Of a DNA stretch of 64,000 nt, positions 27,062 through 36,236 are shown one piece after another. The stretch lies in assembly GCA_024710355.1 (NCBI GenBank), contig JANJUX010000047.1, positions 2,542 to 66,541 on the forward strand, given 5' to 3'. The notes beneath the pieces were generated by a model. That model was not told where the DNA came from. It searched no databases and saw only the letters and a program-made list of their open reading frames with translations. Position 1 is the stretch's first letter. Every line of letters begins with the position of its first letter. The translations under genes were made by a program, and so were the position numbers. This stretch comes from Candidatus Rifleibacteriota bacterium. Lineage in GTDB: Bacteria; Muiribacteriota; Ozemobacteria; Ozemobacterales; Ozemobacteraceae.

Positions 27062-27352
27062 CTATGCAGCTAATGCCTTTAATACAGCATCTGGTTGCAT
27101 TTGAACAACTCGCAGCAATGCTTGAGCCGGTCCTACGGGTTTACGGCGGCCCTGCTCCCAGTTTTGCAAAGTTGACAGGCTGACACCAATCATTTTGGCA
27201 AATTCTGATTGAGATTTATGCAAGCTTTCACGGAGTGCTTTTACATCAAGAGCAGTGAACTCAAACACTCTGGAGGGCTTTATTTCACCGCGCTTGATTT
27301 GAACAAACTGTTTTACACCCTCAACAAGTCTGTTAAAGTCTTTGTCTTTCAT
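27062..27352 (-). CDS. XRE/HTH_3 antitoxin (HigA-like)
   Basis: VKALRESLHKSQSEFAKMIGVSLSTLQNWEQGRRKP; GGAG RBS; start overlaps the toxin stop. Confidence 0.88.
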   Translation of the reverse strand: MKDKDFNRLVEGVKQFVQIKRGEIKPSRVFEFTALDVKALRESLHKSQSEFAKMIGVSLSTLQNWEQGRRKPVGPAQALLRVVQMQPDAVLKALAA

Positions 27353-27666
27353 GTTGTTACTCCTTTTACAAGCGATTTCAATAGCTTTATTTGATCCTGA
27401 GTAAGATCTTCCTGGGCAGATTTTTTGTAGATAAAGATCAAATAAAGCTTTTGTGTCGATTTTTCCCAATAATAGATAACCCTGACCCCACCTCGTTTTC
27501 CTTTTCCGCCCTGTTTCCAACGCATTTTCCGGAAACCGCCACTACCTTGAATCAGGTCGCCGGTCTCTGGTTCAAGCAACAGTGTTTTCTGCATTTCCTT
27601 GTATTCATCGTCGGAAAGCAATTCTAGCAAATCTTCAGTAAAGATTGGAATTTCTATAAATACCAT
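27349..27666 (-). CDS. RelE/HigB-family toxin
   Basis: MVFIEIPIF, GDLIQGSGGFRKMRW, GKRGGVRVIYY, LIFIYKKS..EDL; toxin-first order. Confidence 0.9.
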   Translation of the reverse strand: MVFIEIPIFTEDLLELLSDDEYKEMQKTLLLEPETGDLIQGSGGFRKMRWKQGGKGKRGGVRVIYYWEKSTQKLYLIFIYKKSAQEDLTQDQIKLLKSLVKGVTT

Positions 27667-27678
27667 GCTTATATTATA

Positions 27679-27689
27679 CGTCAATGACG
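27679..27689. promoter_or_regulatory. Palindromic operator for the higBA-like operon
   Basis: CGTCA-A-TGACG immediately upstream of the toxin start. Confidence 0.55.
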
Positions 27690-28027
27690 GATAGTGTGCA
27701 ACTGTTTTCGTTTTAGGAGACCATTAGCCATCCGAATTTTCTCAGAGCGCTGGCAAAGAACTCGCCTGGCGAGATCTGGCCAGCGCAACCGCTTTTTCTT
27801 GCAGCAGACGGCTCTGGGTGCGGCCTGCTAGCTTTGCCCCCGGATTGAGGTGGAAGTCACGATGAACCGGGTGCGCGCATACCCTCGGGGCGCGGGCTTT
27901 TCGAGACCTGGCCAGATCGGAGGCGGAAGGGTCGCTGGAGCGTCGGCCAGGTCAGCAGGGCGTGGGTCGTGTACTGATTTTTTGATAAATATACATCATG
28001 ACACTATAATGTATATAGAGGTGACCA

Positions 28028-28297
28028 ATGAAAAGAACACAAATTTACCTGGAAGCTGATCAGCAGGACTTTTTGGAAAATATGGCCTTCGTTATCGGGA
28101 AAAAGAACCACAAAAAGGTTTCTATTTCTGAAGTGATAAGGTCAGCCATCGATCTGCTGCGCGAAAAATACGACGCTAAGCAGCTTGAGGATGAAACAGA
28201 ACTTATTCTTAAAAGTGATCATCTGATGGCGGGAATTAAAAAGGCCAGAAATGAAAAGAAGCTGCTTTCCCACGAGGAAGTGTTTGGTAAGAAATGA
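28028..28297 (+). CDS. Ribbon-helix-helix antitoxin-like protein
   Basis: MKRTQIYL beta-strand, VSISEVIRSAIDLL helix, LLSHEEVF tail; inverted repeat ATATACAT...ATGTATAT (27989-28016) around a TATAAT box; GAGG RBS. Confidence 0.75.
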   Translation: MKRTQIYLEADQQDFLENMAFVIGKKNHKKVSISEVIRSAIDLLREKYDAKQLEDETELILKSDHLMAGIKKARNEKKLLSHEEVFGKK

Positions 28298-28410
28298 GCT
28301 TTATTCCTTATTACAAACCACAATTCGCCAAGGATGTTAAAACCTACGCTGTGTTTTTTACTGCCAGGCCGCATAAAGTCGTATATGACGAAAAAAAACC
28401 TCTGGAATAA
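28294..28410 (+). pseudogene. RelE/ParE-like toxin remnant with apparent internal deletion (38 aa)
   Basis: ATGA-coupled to the antitoxin; MSFIPYYKPQFAKDVK N-terminus joined to TYAVFFTARPHKVVYD C-terminal-like segment. Confidence 0.5.
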
Positions 28411-28422
28411 TTTATAAAAATT

Positions 28423-28950
28423 ATGGCAAAAGTTTCGCCGCAGGCGCAGAAATGGATCGATGCATTGAAAATGCAGCCGCACCCCGAAGGTGGCTGGTTT
28501 GCCGAGGTTTTCAGGGCGGCGGGCACGATAGCTGCTTCGGCGCTGCCGGGGCATGTCGGGGCGCGGCCGTTTCTGACCTCGATTTATTTTATGCTGGTTC
28601 CCGGCAGTGTGTCGCGGTTTCATCGGCTGAAATCAGATGAAATCTGGTATCACCATGCCGGCGGCAGTCTGAATATTCATCAGATCGACGCGGCCGGCAA
28701 TTATTCGGTTGCCCGGCTCGGGTGCAATCTTGTGGACGGCGAGAAGCTGCAGGTAGTTGTACCGGCCGGGATCTGGTTCGGCGCGACGCTGAACGGCGAA
28801 GAAGAAGCCCTGGTCGGCTGCGCCGTGGCACCCGGCTTCGATTTCGCCGACTTTGAGATGCCCGACCGCAGCGCCATGCTGAAGCTTTTTCCGCAGCACG
28901 CGCCCATTATCGAACGCCTGACCTGGGCCACGGATGAACACGGGGAATGA
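28423..28950 (+). CDS. Cupin domain protein (DUF985/cupin_5)
   Basis: MQPHPEGGWF, TSIYFML, FHRLKSDEIWYHHAG, VGCAVAPGFDFADFE. Confidence 0.92.
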   Translation: MAKVSPQAQKWIDALKMQPHPEGGWFAEVFRAAGTIAASALPGHVGARPFLTSIYFMLVPGSVSRFHRLKSDEIWYHHAGGSLNIHQIDAAGNYSVARLGCNLVDGEKLQVVVPAGIWFGATLNGEEEALVGCAVAPGFDFADFEMPDRSAMLKLFPQHAPIIERLTWATDEHGE

Positions 28951-28984
28951 TTGTGGCCACGGATGAACGCGGATAGACACGGAT
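28926..28984 (+). repeat. Short repeat cluster (GGCCACGGATGAACACGG family), copy set 2
   Basis: GGCCACGGATGAACACGG (28926-28943, inside the cupin 3' end) and GGCCACGGATGAACGCGGATAGACACGGAT (28955-28984). Confidence 0.7.
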
Positions 28985-29087
28985 CTGGTCATCAAAATCC
29001 GCTTTATTTGACAGTTATCAATAAAACAGAAGCGTTTCAAGCCGATTTAGCGGCGCTGCTGGTCAGAAAGAAGAGCATGCCGGCAAT

Positions 29088-29759
29088 TCAGTGGTCGATG
29101 CTGTGCCAGTAGGGGTTGTTGAGGTTCTGGTTGGCAACGGCGCTCGAAATTGTGGTGGTCAGTTCAAAAGAATTGCGGCCGCCGCCACTGTCTTTAGGGT
29201 CGGCGTCGATGGTCAGGGTTACGAGCAGCATCGGAATCTCGGGCTTGAGCGGGTGCCCGTAGAGTTCGAAGCGGGCGCCGCGGATATCGCTGAAAATCTT
29301 TTCGTTGCCGGCTTCGGTGCGCACCAGGCATTTTCGTTTATCGTCCATGGTGTAGTTTACTTCGCCGACTTTCGGAACCCCTGAAGTTTCAGGGGTATCG
29401 TAAAGATGCCGGAAAAAGTGAATTTCACCGTCAGAAACCAGAACCGGCACTGAATTGGCGTCTTTGTTGAACGTTTTCTTCTGAATTACCGGGTTGCGAA
29501 TTGCGTTTATCTTCTGGGCGAGCGTCGCATCTTTCGCGATGACCGGCGCCGCGCACCTGAAATCGCGGCGCAGATAGTTGATTGCGGTTCTCGCGCCCTG
29601 CAGTTCCTGCAGGTCGACCGAACCGCGACTGCGCTGCATGGTGATGTAGCTGAAAACCTTGTAAGACATGGTCAGCAGCGCCGAAACCAGCATCATGCCG
29701 ATCATGGCTTCGACGAGTGTGAAGCCAGAACATCGCCGTTTGTGCGCCTGTGTTTGCAT
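29088..29759 (-). CDS. Prepilin-type N-terminal methylation domain protein (PilW/GspJ-like)
   Basis: KRRCSG|FTLVEAMIGMMLVSALL; AINYLRRDFR motif. Confidence 0.85.
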   Translation of the reverse strand: MQTQAHKRRCSGFTLVEAMIGMMLVSALLTMSYKVFSYITMQRSRGSVDLQELQGARTAINYLRRDFRCAAPVIAKDATLAQKINAIRNPVIQKKTFNKDANSVPVLVSDGEIHFFRHLYDTPETSGVPKVGEVNYTMDDKRKCLVRTEAGNEKIFSDIRGARFELYGHPLKPEIPMLLVTLTIDADPKDSGGGRNSFELTTTISSAVANQNLNNPYWHSIDH

Positions 29760-30289
29760 CAGTATGGCTCACTTTCGTCGAAAAGCAGGGTCGCCAGTGA
29801 CAGTTTGCGCATGCGGTCGGGCTCGGCACCTATTGAATCGATCTTGTCCGGTGCTTTGCCCTCATTCCAGTAGACGTCGACCGCCACTTTGCGCAGAAAC
29901 CTCGCGCCGGGGCCGCTGCTGACCGGCTCAAATCTGATTTTGCGATAAAACCAGGCGTTATTGTATTGCTCGGGGTAGTTTTTCGTGGCCGGCTGCCAGA
30001 CCGAACTGGCGTGCATCGGTATTTTAACCGAATTGCCGGTGGCAGCATGGATCAGCGAGCCCTCGAACATCTGCAGGGTCGCCGGCGTCAGCTCAGACTG
30101 AGGTGTCGACTGAATCAGCTCGATGGTTTCCTGGGCGATCTGCAGGGCGCGCAGATAATTGCCGGCCTTGCTCGTTTCAACGCGGGTTGACGAAGCAAAA
30201 TAGATCAGGCCGCCAAAGAAAACGATGCTGACCGAAAGTGCGACAATGATTTCGACGAACGAAAAAGCCCGGCGCTGTATTTTAATCAT
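29759..30289 (-). CDS. Prepilin-like protein (PilV/GspI-like)
   Basis: QRRA|FSFVEIIVALSV; LRKVAVDVYW motif. Confidence 0.8.
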   Translation of the reverse strand: MIKIQRRAFSFVEIIVALSVSIVFFGGLIYFASSTRVETSKAGNYLRALQIAQETIELIQSTPQSELTPATLQMFEGSLIHAATGNSVKIPMHASSVWQPATKNYPEQYNNAWFYRKIRFEPVSSGPGARFLRKVAVDVYWNEGKAPDKIDSIGAEPDRMRKLSLATLLFDESEPY

Positions 30290-30792
30290 CAGCCACCCCC
30301 ATTCCCGCTGCCGGGAAACCCGTGTAGCGGAGGTGTTTCCGGTTCAGGGCCGGGTTCGCCGGCGGTTTTCGCCCGCTCTTTCGCAGCCCGGTCTTCGGCT
30401 TCCCGCAGTTCGCGGATTCTGGCGCTGGCCGCGCGTGTTACTTCCGGTGCCTGCGGCACCAGAAAATCGACCGGCAGCTTGTGAAAATCCAGTGCAAAAG
30501 GCTGATTGGCAGAGAAAAATTCGACCGGCAGGCTGTCGAATGATGGCTTGACCTGCTTGCCCGAGGCTTTGCGGGTGTCAAGCAAGCGATCGAGCTCGTT
30601 GTCTGAGACAGCATTGACCGGCCCGGCGGTATCGACCAGGCTGCGGTCGCCGGTTCCCTCATCGGTGGTCAGCGATCTGAGAATTTCGGGGGCCCGGCGC
30701 GAGATGTAGGGAGCGGCGATCACCAGTGTGATGAAGAATGAAATGCCCATCACCTTGAGAAACAGTGCGCGCAGTTGCCGGTTATTCAGCAT
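30289..30792 (-). CDS. Single-pass membrane hypothetical protein inside the pilin cassette
   Basis: MLNNRQLRALFLKVMGISFFITLVIAAPYI; overlaps both neighbours. Confidence 0.6.
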   Translation of the reverse strand: MLNNRQLRALFLKVMGISFFITLVIAAPYISRRAPEILRSLTTDEGTGDRSLVDTAGPVNAVSDNELDRLLDTRKASGKQVKPSFDSLPVEFFSANQPFALDFHKLPVDFLVPQAPEVTRAASARIRELREAEDRAAKERAKTAGEPGPEPETPPLHGFPGSGNGGG

Positions 30793-32968
30793 AGTAGTCG
30801 ACCGCCAGCAGTGATTTGTTCTCGCCGATACTGACCCTGACCGGGTAGTCAGGAAAATACAGATTCGCGTCGTGCGAAATCTTGAGATGACCGCCTTCAG
30901 GCATTTTGCGCAGGTCAAAAAGGCTGTCGACGATCAGGTTGCCGTGAATGTCGACGCTTTTCTCTTCGAACTCGATGCCGCCTTCGGCCGACGATGAAAC
31001 TGATGAATTGTCGCTGAAACAGGTGGTGGCAGCAAGTGAGGCATAGATTTTTGCGGTGCTTTCTGTGGTTTTGATGTAGAACCGGCCGCTCATCAGATAG
31101 ATGTTGAGACGATCTTTTTTGGGGTCGAGTGGGGCCAGGCTGCCGATGTGGCAGTGGCCATCGGCGAGCACGATGCGGCCCTTGCCGCGGTAGTGATTGA
31201 CGCCGCTGAGATTCAGGATTTTGCCGCCTGAATTGATGATCAGCATGACCCCGTCGAGGTCGATGATCTTTTTGCCGTCGATGTTTTTGACGCGGTCGTT
31301 GATGAACTGATCGGGGTTCTGATACGAGTGTGAAACGGTCTGCAGGCTTTCGTCGAAAGCCGGGAACACGTCATGCCCCTCGATACCGCTTTTTACCGCC
31401 GTTGGAGTTTTTGCGGGGGTAGTACCGGCGCCGAAAAAGAAATTGTTGATCGAGAAGTGCTCGACCGGCATCGACATCAGGCGGTCGGTGCGTTTATCGA
31501 CCGGCGGGTTCAGCTGTTTGCCTGAAAAGGTTTCGACCGGATTCTCGTAGTGCATCGGCACGACCGGAAAAGGCACATCGAGCGAGTAACCGCCGTGCAG
31601 ATTGAAGGCGACGTTTACCTGGTCGACGAAGGCGATTTTGAAGAAGCGCAGATGTACCGGCCCTTCGATATAAAGCGGGATATCACGGCCTTCACCAAAG
31701 AAAAGCGGCATTTTGCCGCCCCTGACCCGTTGCGGGTTGAAGGTTTTCATTTTATCGAAATATTCGATTATGCCAGAATATGGGTGTTCATCGGTGAAAG
31801 ATTTGCCGCCGCTGCCAAAAATGCTGGTGTAGTCAGAGTAGCCGTAGTGGTATTTCCAGTTGGCCATCAGCGAGCGCACCAGCGACCTGAAGACGTCGGA
31901 AGCGGCCGGGTTGCCACCTGATTTCTGGTAGTCTTTGGCGATTACGTAGGGCAGCGAACCTTCGTTGAGGTCGCCCTTATGCGAATTTACTATCGCTTTG
32001 TAGATCGAAACCAGCTCAGGGGTTTTGTGAAAATCAGAGGCCGGGTTGAAAGATCCTGAAATGGTCGAAAAGGGAAAAGGCGGGTTAACAAAGAACAGGT
32101 TGTTGGCGCTGGCGGCAGCGTGCTGGCTGCTGACCGTCTGAAAGGCGCCCGGCTGGTAGAAGCCGCCGAGCAGGCGTTTGTCTTCTTTGAAATCGAGGTC
32201 GAGAAGCACGGGCGGGGTCGGGTCACTCCTTGCCCCCTGCGGAAACTCGGGGCAGGTCGGGTAGGATCGGTTGCCAAGGTAGGCGAATGAGTATCGGGTC
32301 GGGTCGTCCGGTGTTACGCCCTGCACGATGATGCGCTTCTGCGGGCTGTTGAGCGTTTTGCAGTAGCTTTTAACGAACAGAGCATACTTATCGACGAATG
32401 GGTCGGCAAGGTCGACGATTTTAAGCTCGCGGCGTTCTTTCACCCTGATTTCGGCAGGGCTGTCCTTGTATTTTGCCCGGCCGGTCAGTTCGATGTGGCC
32501 GACATAAGATGGTCTTGCACCGTTAATGCGCTCTGTAACGACTATATTTACCTGCCCTGACACTTCGCCGTTCTTGCCGAGATATTCGTCGACGAGCTTG
32601 TTGGCCTGTTTCAGCTGTGCTGCCGCAAAATCGGCTTTATAAACCGACTTTGCGCCACCACCCGGCTTCGATTGCCAGAAACTGCGGATGCGCGAACCAA
32701 TTGAACTGTCGGGGTCGTTTACCTGAGCTTTGACGATGGCGAGCATTTCGTTGATACCGGCCTGAGCTAGCAGAACCACGCGCTCCTGATCTATCGTTCT
32801 GTTCAATTGCAATACCGCACCGCTTTTGTGCCGGCTGAGGCCAATAATCATAATCAGCATGACCAGCGCGAAAGTGATGACGAGAAAGAGAACGAAGCCT
32901 CGGCGCTGCTTTAAAACAGCGATTCGGGCTGGCCTCTGCCCCCTATGCTCTTTCTGAGGTATGTTCAT
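30782..32968 (-). CDS. Large PilX/GspK-like prepilin protein (728 aa)
   Basis: KQRRG|FVLFLVITFAL (no Glu5); LLAQAGINE; C-terminal beta-rich GNLIVDSL region. Confidence 0.75.
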   Translation of the reverse strand: MNIPQKEHRGQRPARIAVLKQRRGFVLFLVITFALVMLIMIIGLSRHKSGAVLQLNRTIDQERVVLLAQAGINEMLAIVKAQVNDPDSSIGSRIRSFWQSKPGGGAKSVYKADFAAAQLKQANKLVDEYLGKNGEVSGQVNIVVTERINGARPSYVGHIELTGRAKYKDSPAEIRVKERRELKIVDLADPFVDKYALFVKSYCKTLNSPQKRIIVQGVTPDDPTRYSFAYLGNRSYPTCPEFPQGARSDPTPPVLLDLDFKEDKRLLGGFYQPGAFQTVSSQHAAASANNLFFVNPPFPFSTISGSFNPASDFHKTPELVSIYKAIVNSHKGDLNEGSLPYVIAKDYQKSGGNPAASDVFRSLVRSLMANWKYHYGYSDYTSIFGSGGKSFTDEHPYSGIIEYFDKMKTFNPQRVRGGKMPLFFGEGRDIPLYIEGPVHLRFFKIAFVDQVNVAFNLHGGYSLDVPFPVVPMHYENPVETFSGKQLNPPVDKRTDRLMSMPVEHFSINNFFFGAGTTPAKTPTAVKSGIEGHDVFPAFDESLQTVSHSYQNPDQFINDRVKNIDGKKIIDLDGVMLIINSGGKILNLSGVNHYRGKGRIVLADGHCHIGSLAPLDPKKDRLNIYLMSGRFYIKTTESTAKIYASLAATTCFSDNSSVSSSAEGGIEFEEKSVDIHGNLIVDSLFDLRKMPEGGHLKISHDANLYFPDYPVRVSIGENKSLLAVDYYAE

Positions 32969-33103
32969 TCTCAGTTTTTGATTCCCGTAAAATTTTAGCC
33001 GGTTCTACGACCCCGGGTCCGGGTTTTCATGAACTCGACTATTTTGCAGTCATCGATCAAGATAACATTAAACCTTTGCCGGTGTCATTGCCCACGAACA
33101 GTT

Positions 33104-33163
33104 TCGCCCCGCACAACGCCATTTTGCGGCAGAAGCACGCAAAATGATGTTGCCACGGGGCGA
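33104..33163. other. Long imperfect hairpin between the secreted helical gene and the pilin cassette
   Basis: TCGCCCCG...CAAC..CATTTTGCG / CGCAAAATG..GTTG...CGGGGCGA arms. Confidence 0.6.
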
Positions 33164-33184
33164 GACTCTGGCTCTTAAAGAGGG

Positions 33185-34252
33185 TTAATCCCAGTTGAGG
33201 CCGGGCTGTGATTTGGCAGCCGGCAGCGGCGCGCTGTCGATTATTTCGTTGGTTGTATTGGCGGCTTCTGATTTGACCGGTTTGAAAATTTCACTGACGC
33301 CTCTTTTGATAATGGCTTTGGCGGCAGCATTGTTAGCCGAATTCGAAACAAGATTGCCGGCGCTGTCGACAATCATATCGTCAGCGGCGCCAACCAGGTT
33401 GTCTGCCATACCACCGGCAATGTTGCCGAGGCCTTTTGAGACCACGCGGTTGAGGGCTTCCTGGGCGGCGGCTTTGGTTGCCTCTTTGCCGGCTACAGCA
33501 AGGAACTGCTTGTCGTCAGTGATTGCCTTGTCGGCTGCGGTATTGAGAGTGTTGCCGGCTGCTTTGAGAATTGCAGCAGCAATACCGGTTGCGGTCGCGG
33601 CTTTGCCGGTGATTGCGGCGATCGGGCCGGCAATGGGAGCGGCGGGCGGAAAGGCGCAGATGGCGGTGCAGAGAAGACCGACGCTGCCCAGAACCATCGA
33701 TGCCGTTGACAGAGCGTTGGCTGCGTCAAGCAGAGCCTTGCCGGCTTCTTTGAGGGCTTTCTGGTAGATACCGAGGGCGCTGGCGTTTTCGTCGAGACTT
33801 TCATAGACTTTGGTCGGATCAGTGCTGGCCGCCTCTTTGAAAGACCCCTGCTTGAGCAGTTCCATGGTCTTTTTGGCGTCTTCCTGGATTTTTTTGATAT
33901 CTGCGTTGGCTTTTTCGATCTTCGGAACGTAGCGTTCGAGTTCCTGTTTTTCTTTCAGGGCTTTCTCTTCTTCTTCACTGCGGTCTTTGCCACCGAGCCA
34001 GGTCGGGCGGTTGGCCCAGGCATTCTTGATGTCATTGATGCGATTCAGGGTCCATTCAGAGATCTTGCCGAGCTCGATCGGTTTGATCGCCATGATTTCG
34101 TCATAGGTCTTCTGATAATCAGCTACCGCCTTTTCGATCTGTGCCTTCTGATTCTTGGCTTCCTGGGCGGCAACGATTGCCGGCGACATCAGCTGCACAA
34201 AAAACGTAAGCAGAACGAGCAATGCAACAAGTTTACGCGAGTACCTGTTCAT
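33185..34252 (-). CDS. Secreted helical protein with central hydrophobic hairpin
   Basis: Sec signal; coiled-coil N-half; uncharged Ala/Gly-rich run SMVLGSVGLLCTAICAFPPAAPIAGPIAAITG. Confidence 0.75.
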   Translation of the reverse strand: MNRYSRKLVALLVLLTFFVQLMSPAIVAAQEAKNQKAQIEKAVADYQKTYDEIMAIKPIELGKISEWTLNRINDIKNAWANRPTWLGGKDRSEEEEKALKEKQELERYVPKIEKANADIKKIQEDAKKTMELLKQGSFKEAASTDPTKVYESLDENASALGIYQKALKEAGKALLDAANALSTASMVLGSVGLLCTAICAFPPAAPIAGPIAAITGKAATATGIAAAILKAAGNTLNTAADKAITDDKQFLAVAGKEATKAAAQEALNRVVSKGLGNIAGGMADNLVGAADDMIVDSAGNLVSNSANNAAAKAIIKRGVSEIFKPVKSEAANTTNEIIDSAPLPAAKSQPGLNWD

Positions 34253-34390
34253 ATTGACCTCCGAGTATTTTATTCTACTTCTAACTATACCTCAAAAAAT
34301 TCTGAAAGTTTTGGGCCGCAGAAAAAAAGTGTACAGAAAATTAAACTCGCCGCCGGAAATAGTGAATTCTTGCTGCCATTGTGTTACTGT

Positions 34391-35254
34391 ATGGGCATGC
34401 ATCCAATACTATTTGAATATGGGCCGATCCGCATCGGTTCTTACGGTGTCACACTCGCAATCGCTTTTATCAGCGCTTTTCTGCTGATCAACCGGGAGTT
34501 CAGAAAAAACAACTGCGATGTTGAACTCGCCTGGGATCTGCACTTTTTTGCCATATTTGGTGGCATGATCGGCTCGCGCCTGCTGTTCATCTTCGAAAAT
34601 TTCAAAGCTTTTCTTGCCGACCCGGTTTCAATGATTTTTTCAACCACCGGCTTTTCGGTGTTGGGTGGTTATGTGCTGGCCCTGATTTTATGTATTGTCA
34701 GGGTACGTATGTCTGGTGAGCCTTTTTTCAGAATCGCCGACATCTACGTTCCGGGAATGGCGATCGGCTATGCCATCGGGCGCCTCGGTTGTATCGTAGC
34801 TGGCGATGGCTGTTACGGCCTGCCGTGTGAACTGCCATGGTCGATGAGTTTCCCGAAGGGTCTGGTATCGACACTCAGCGCCGAAAACCCGCCTCTGGCA
34901 GCTTTATATGCAAAACTGTTTCCGGGCAAGCCGGTGCCGATCGATATTTATGTGCACCCAACACCGCTTTATGAGTCGATTTCGACGTTCATTCTGCTTG
35001 CAATTCTTCTGCTGGTAAACTGGCGCATCGGCGGCGGCCGTCGCTTTGCCTTTTTCATGGTCTGGTTCGGTGTTTCCCGCTTTTTTGTCGAATTCATCAG
35101 GTTGAACCCTTTTGTCTACTGGGGAATGTCATCGAGCCAGGTGCTTTCGCTGCTTTTCATTCTTGGCGGAATTATCATTGCAGCCACCTCTTCCGCCCGC
35201 CTGGCGCGAATTGATGCCGCAGCCGCTCCGCCCGTCGTTCCCTCAGAAGATTGA
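34391..35254 (+). CDS. lgt: Prolipoprotein diacylglyceryl transferase
   Basis: MHPILF, SYG, IGSRL, AIGRLGC..AGDGCYG, HPTPLYES, RFFVEFIR. Confidence 0.92.
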   Translation: MGMHPILFEYGPIRIGSYGVTLAIAFISAFLLINREFRKNNCDVELAWDLHFFAIFGGMIGSRLLFIFENFKAFLADPVSMIFSTTGFSVLGGYVLALILCIVRVRMSGEPFFRIADIYVPGMAIGYAIGRLGCIVAGDGCYGLPCELPWSMSFPKGLVSTLSAENPPLAALYAKLFPGKPVPIDIYVHPTPLYESISTFILLAILLLVNWRIGGGRRFAFFMVWFGVSRFFVEFIRLNPFVYWGMSSSQVLSLLFILGGIIIAATSSARLARIDAAAAPPVVPSED

Positions 35255-35312
35255 AAAGCGATGGCGATTGCGTTATGCTGACAGAAAATAACAAGCGAAA
35301 GGTTCAAAGATT

Positions 35313-36236
35313 ATGGCTCTGATTCTGGTCAGAGAAATCGTGCAGGACCAGGGACTCCTGGTCGTGGCTGGCAAAGAAGGCCTCGACCGCAAGGTGATAT
35401 CGTCAGAAGTGCATCGACCCGGCCTCGAACTTGCCGGTTTTTTTGAACATTTTGGCTACGAGCGGATTATCGTTCTCGGCCGCACCGAATTGGCATATCT
35501 CGGCGAGCAGAGCGCCGAAATCCGCAAAGTCAGGCTGCGCCAGCTGTTGTTTTTCAATATTCCCTGCATAATCATCACCGATGACCTGCTGGTGCTCGAT
35601 GAACTTCTCGAACTCTGCAACCAGAAGAAGATTCCGTTGCTGCGCACTTCGGCTCGCACCGGCGAATTCATCTATCAGCTGTCGCGTTATCTGCACAATC
35701 GCTTTGCGCCTCGCAAAAGTGTACATGGCGTTTTTGTCGAAGTTTACGGTGTCGGTATTCTCATCATGGGTCCGTCCGGAATTGGCAAGAGCGAGTGCGC
35801 ACTCGAACTTATCAAACGCGGCCATCGTCTGGTGGCCGATGATGCGGTGCAGTTGATGAAAATCAGTGACACCAAGGTCGTCGGTTCACCCGACGAAATG
35901 ATCAGGCATCACATGGAGATCCGCGGTCTCGGCATCATTGACATCAGATCGCTGTTCGGTATCGCGGCAACTGCCGATGAAAAAACCGTTGACATGGTTA
36001 TTACCCTCGAAAAATGGGATGACCACAAGGAATATGACCGCCTCGGTATTTTCCAGCGTACCATGAGGTTTTTGAAGGTCGAAGTGCCTTCTACCACGAT
36101 TCCGGTGCGTGAAGGTCGCAATCTGGCGGTGGTTATCGAGACGGCGGCGATGAACTTTTACCTGCGTCGTATGGGCATTCTCAGTGCCGAAAAATTCTCA
36201 AAACAGCTGCGTGCAAAGATGAGCGGTGAATTCTGA
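35313..36236 (+). CDS. hprK: HPr(Ser) kinase/phosphorylase
   Basis: VHRPGLELAGFF, HGVFVEVYGVG, GPSGIGKSECALEL, GHRLVADD, EIRGLGII, GRNLA. Confidence 0.96.
   Translation: MALILVREIVQDQGLLVVAGKEGLDRKVISSEVHRPGLELAGFFEHFGYERIIVLGRTELAYLGEQSAEIRKVRLRQLLFFNIPCIIITDDLLVLDELLELCNQKKIPLLRTSARTGEFIYQLSRYLHNRFAPRKSVHGVFVEVYGVGILIMGPSGIGKSECALELIKRGHRLVADDAVQLMKISDTKVVGSPDEMIRHHMEIRGLGIIDIRSLFGIAATADEKTVDMVITLEKWDDHKEYDRLGIFQRTMRFLKVEVPSTTIPVREGRNLAVVIETAAMNFYLRRMGILSAEKFSKQLRAKMSGEF

Noticed and set aside
27700-27960. GC-rich stretch between the two TA loci as a transposase fragment
   Set aside because: The translations I tried gave no recognisable motif; remains unexplained
33137-33155. Minus-strand TGGCAAC...TTTTGC as a sigma-54 promoter for the pilin cassette
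   Set aside because: GG-to-GC spacing is 2 nt too long and the sequence is part of the hairpin arm
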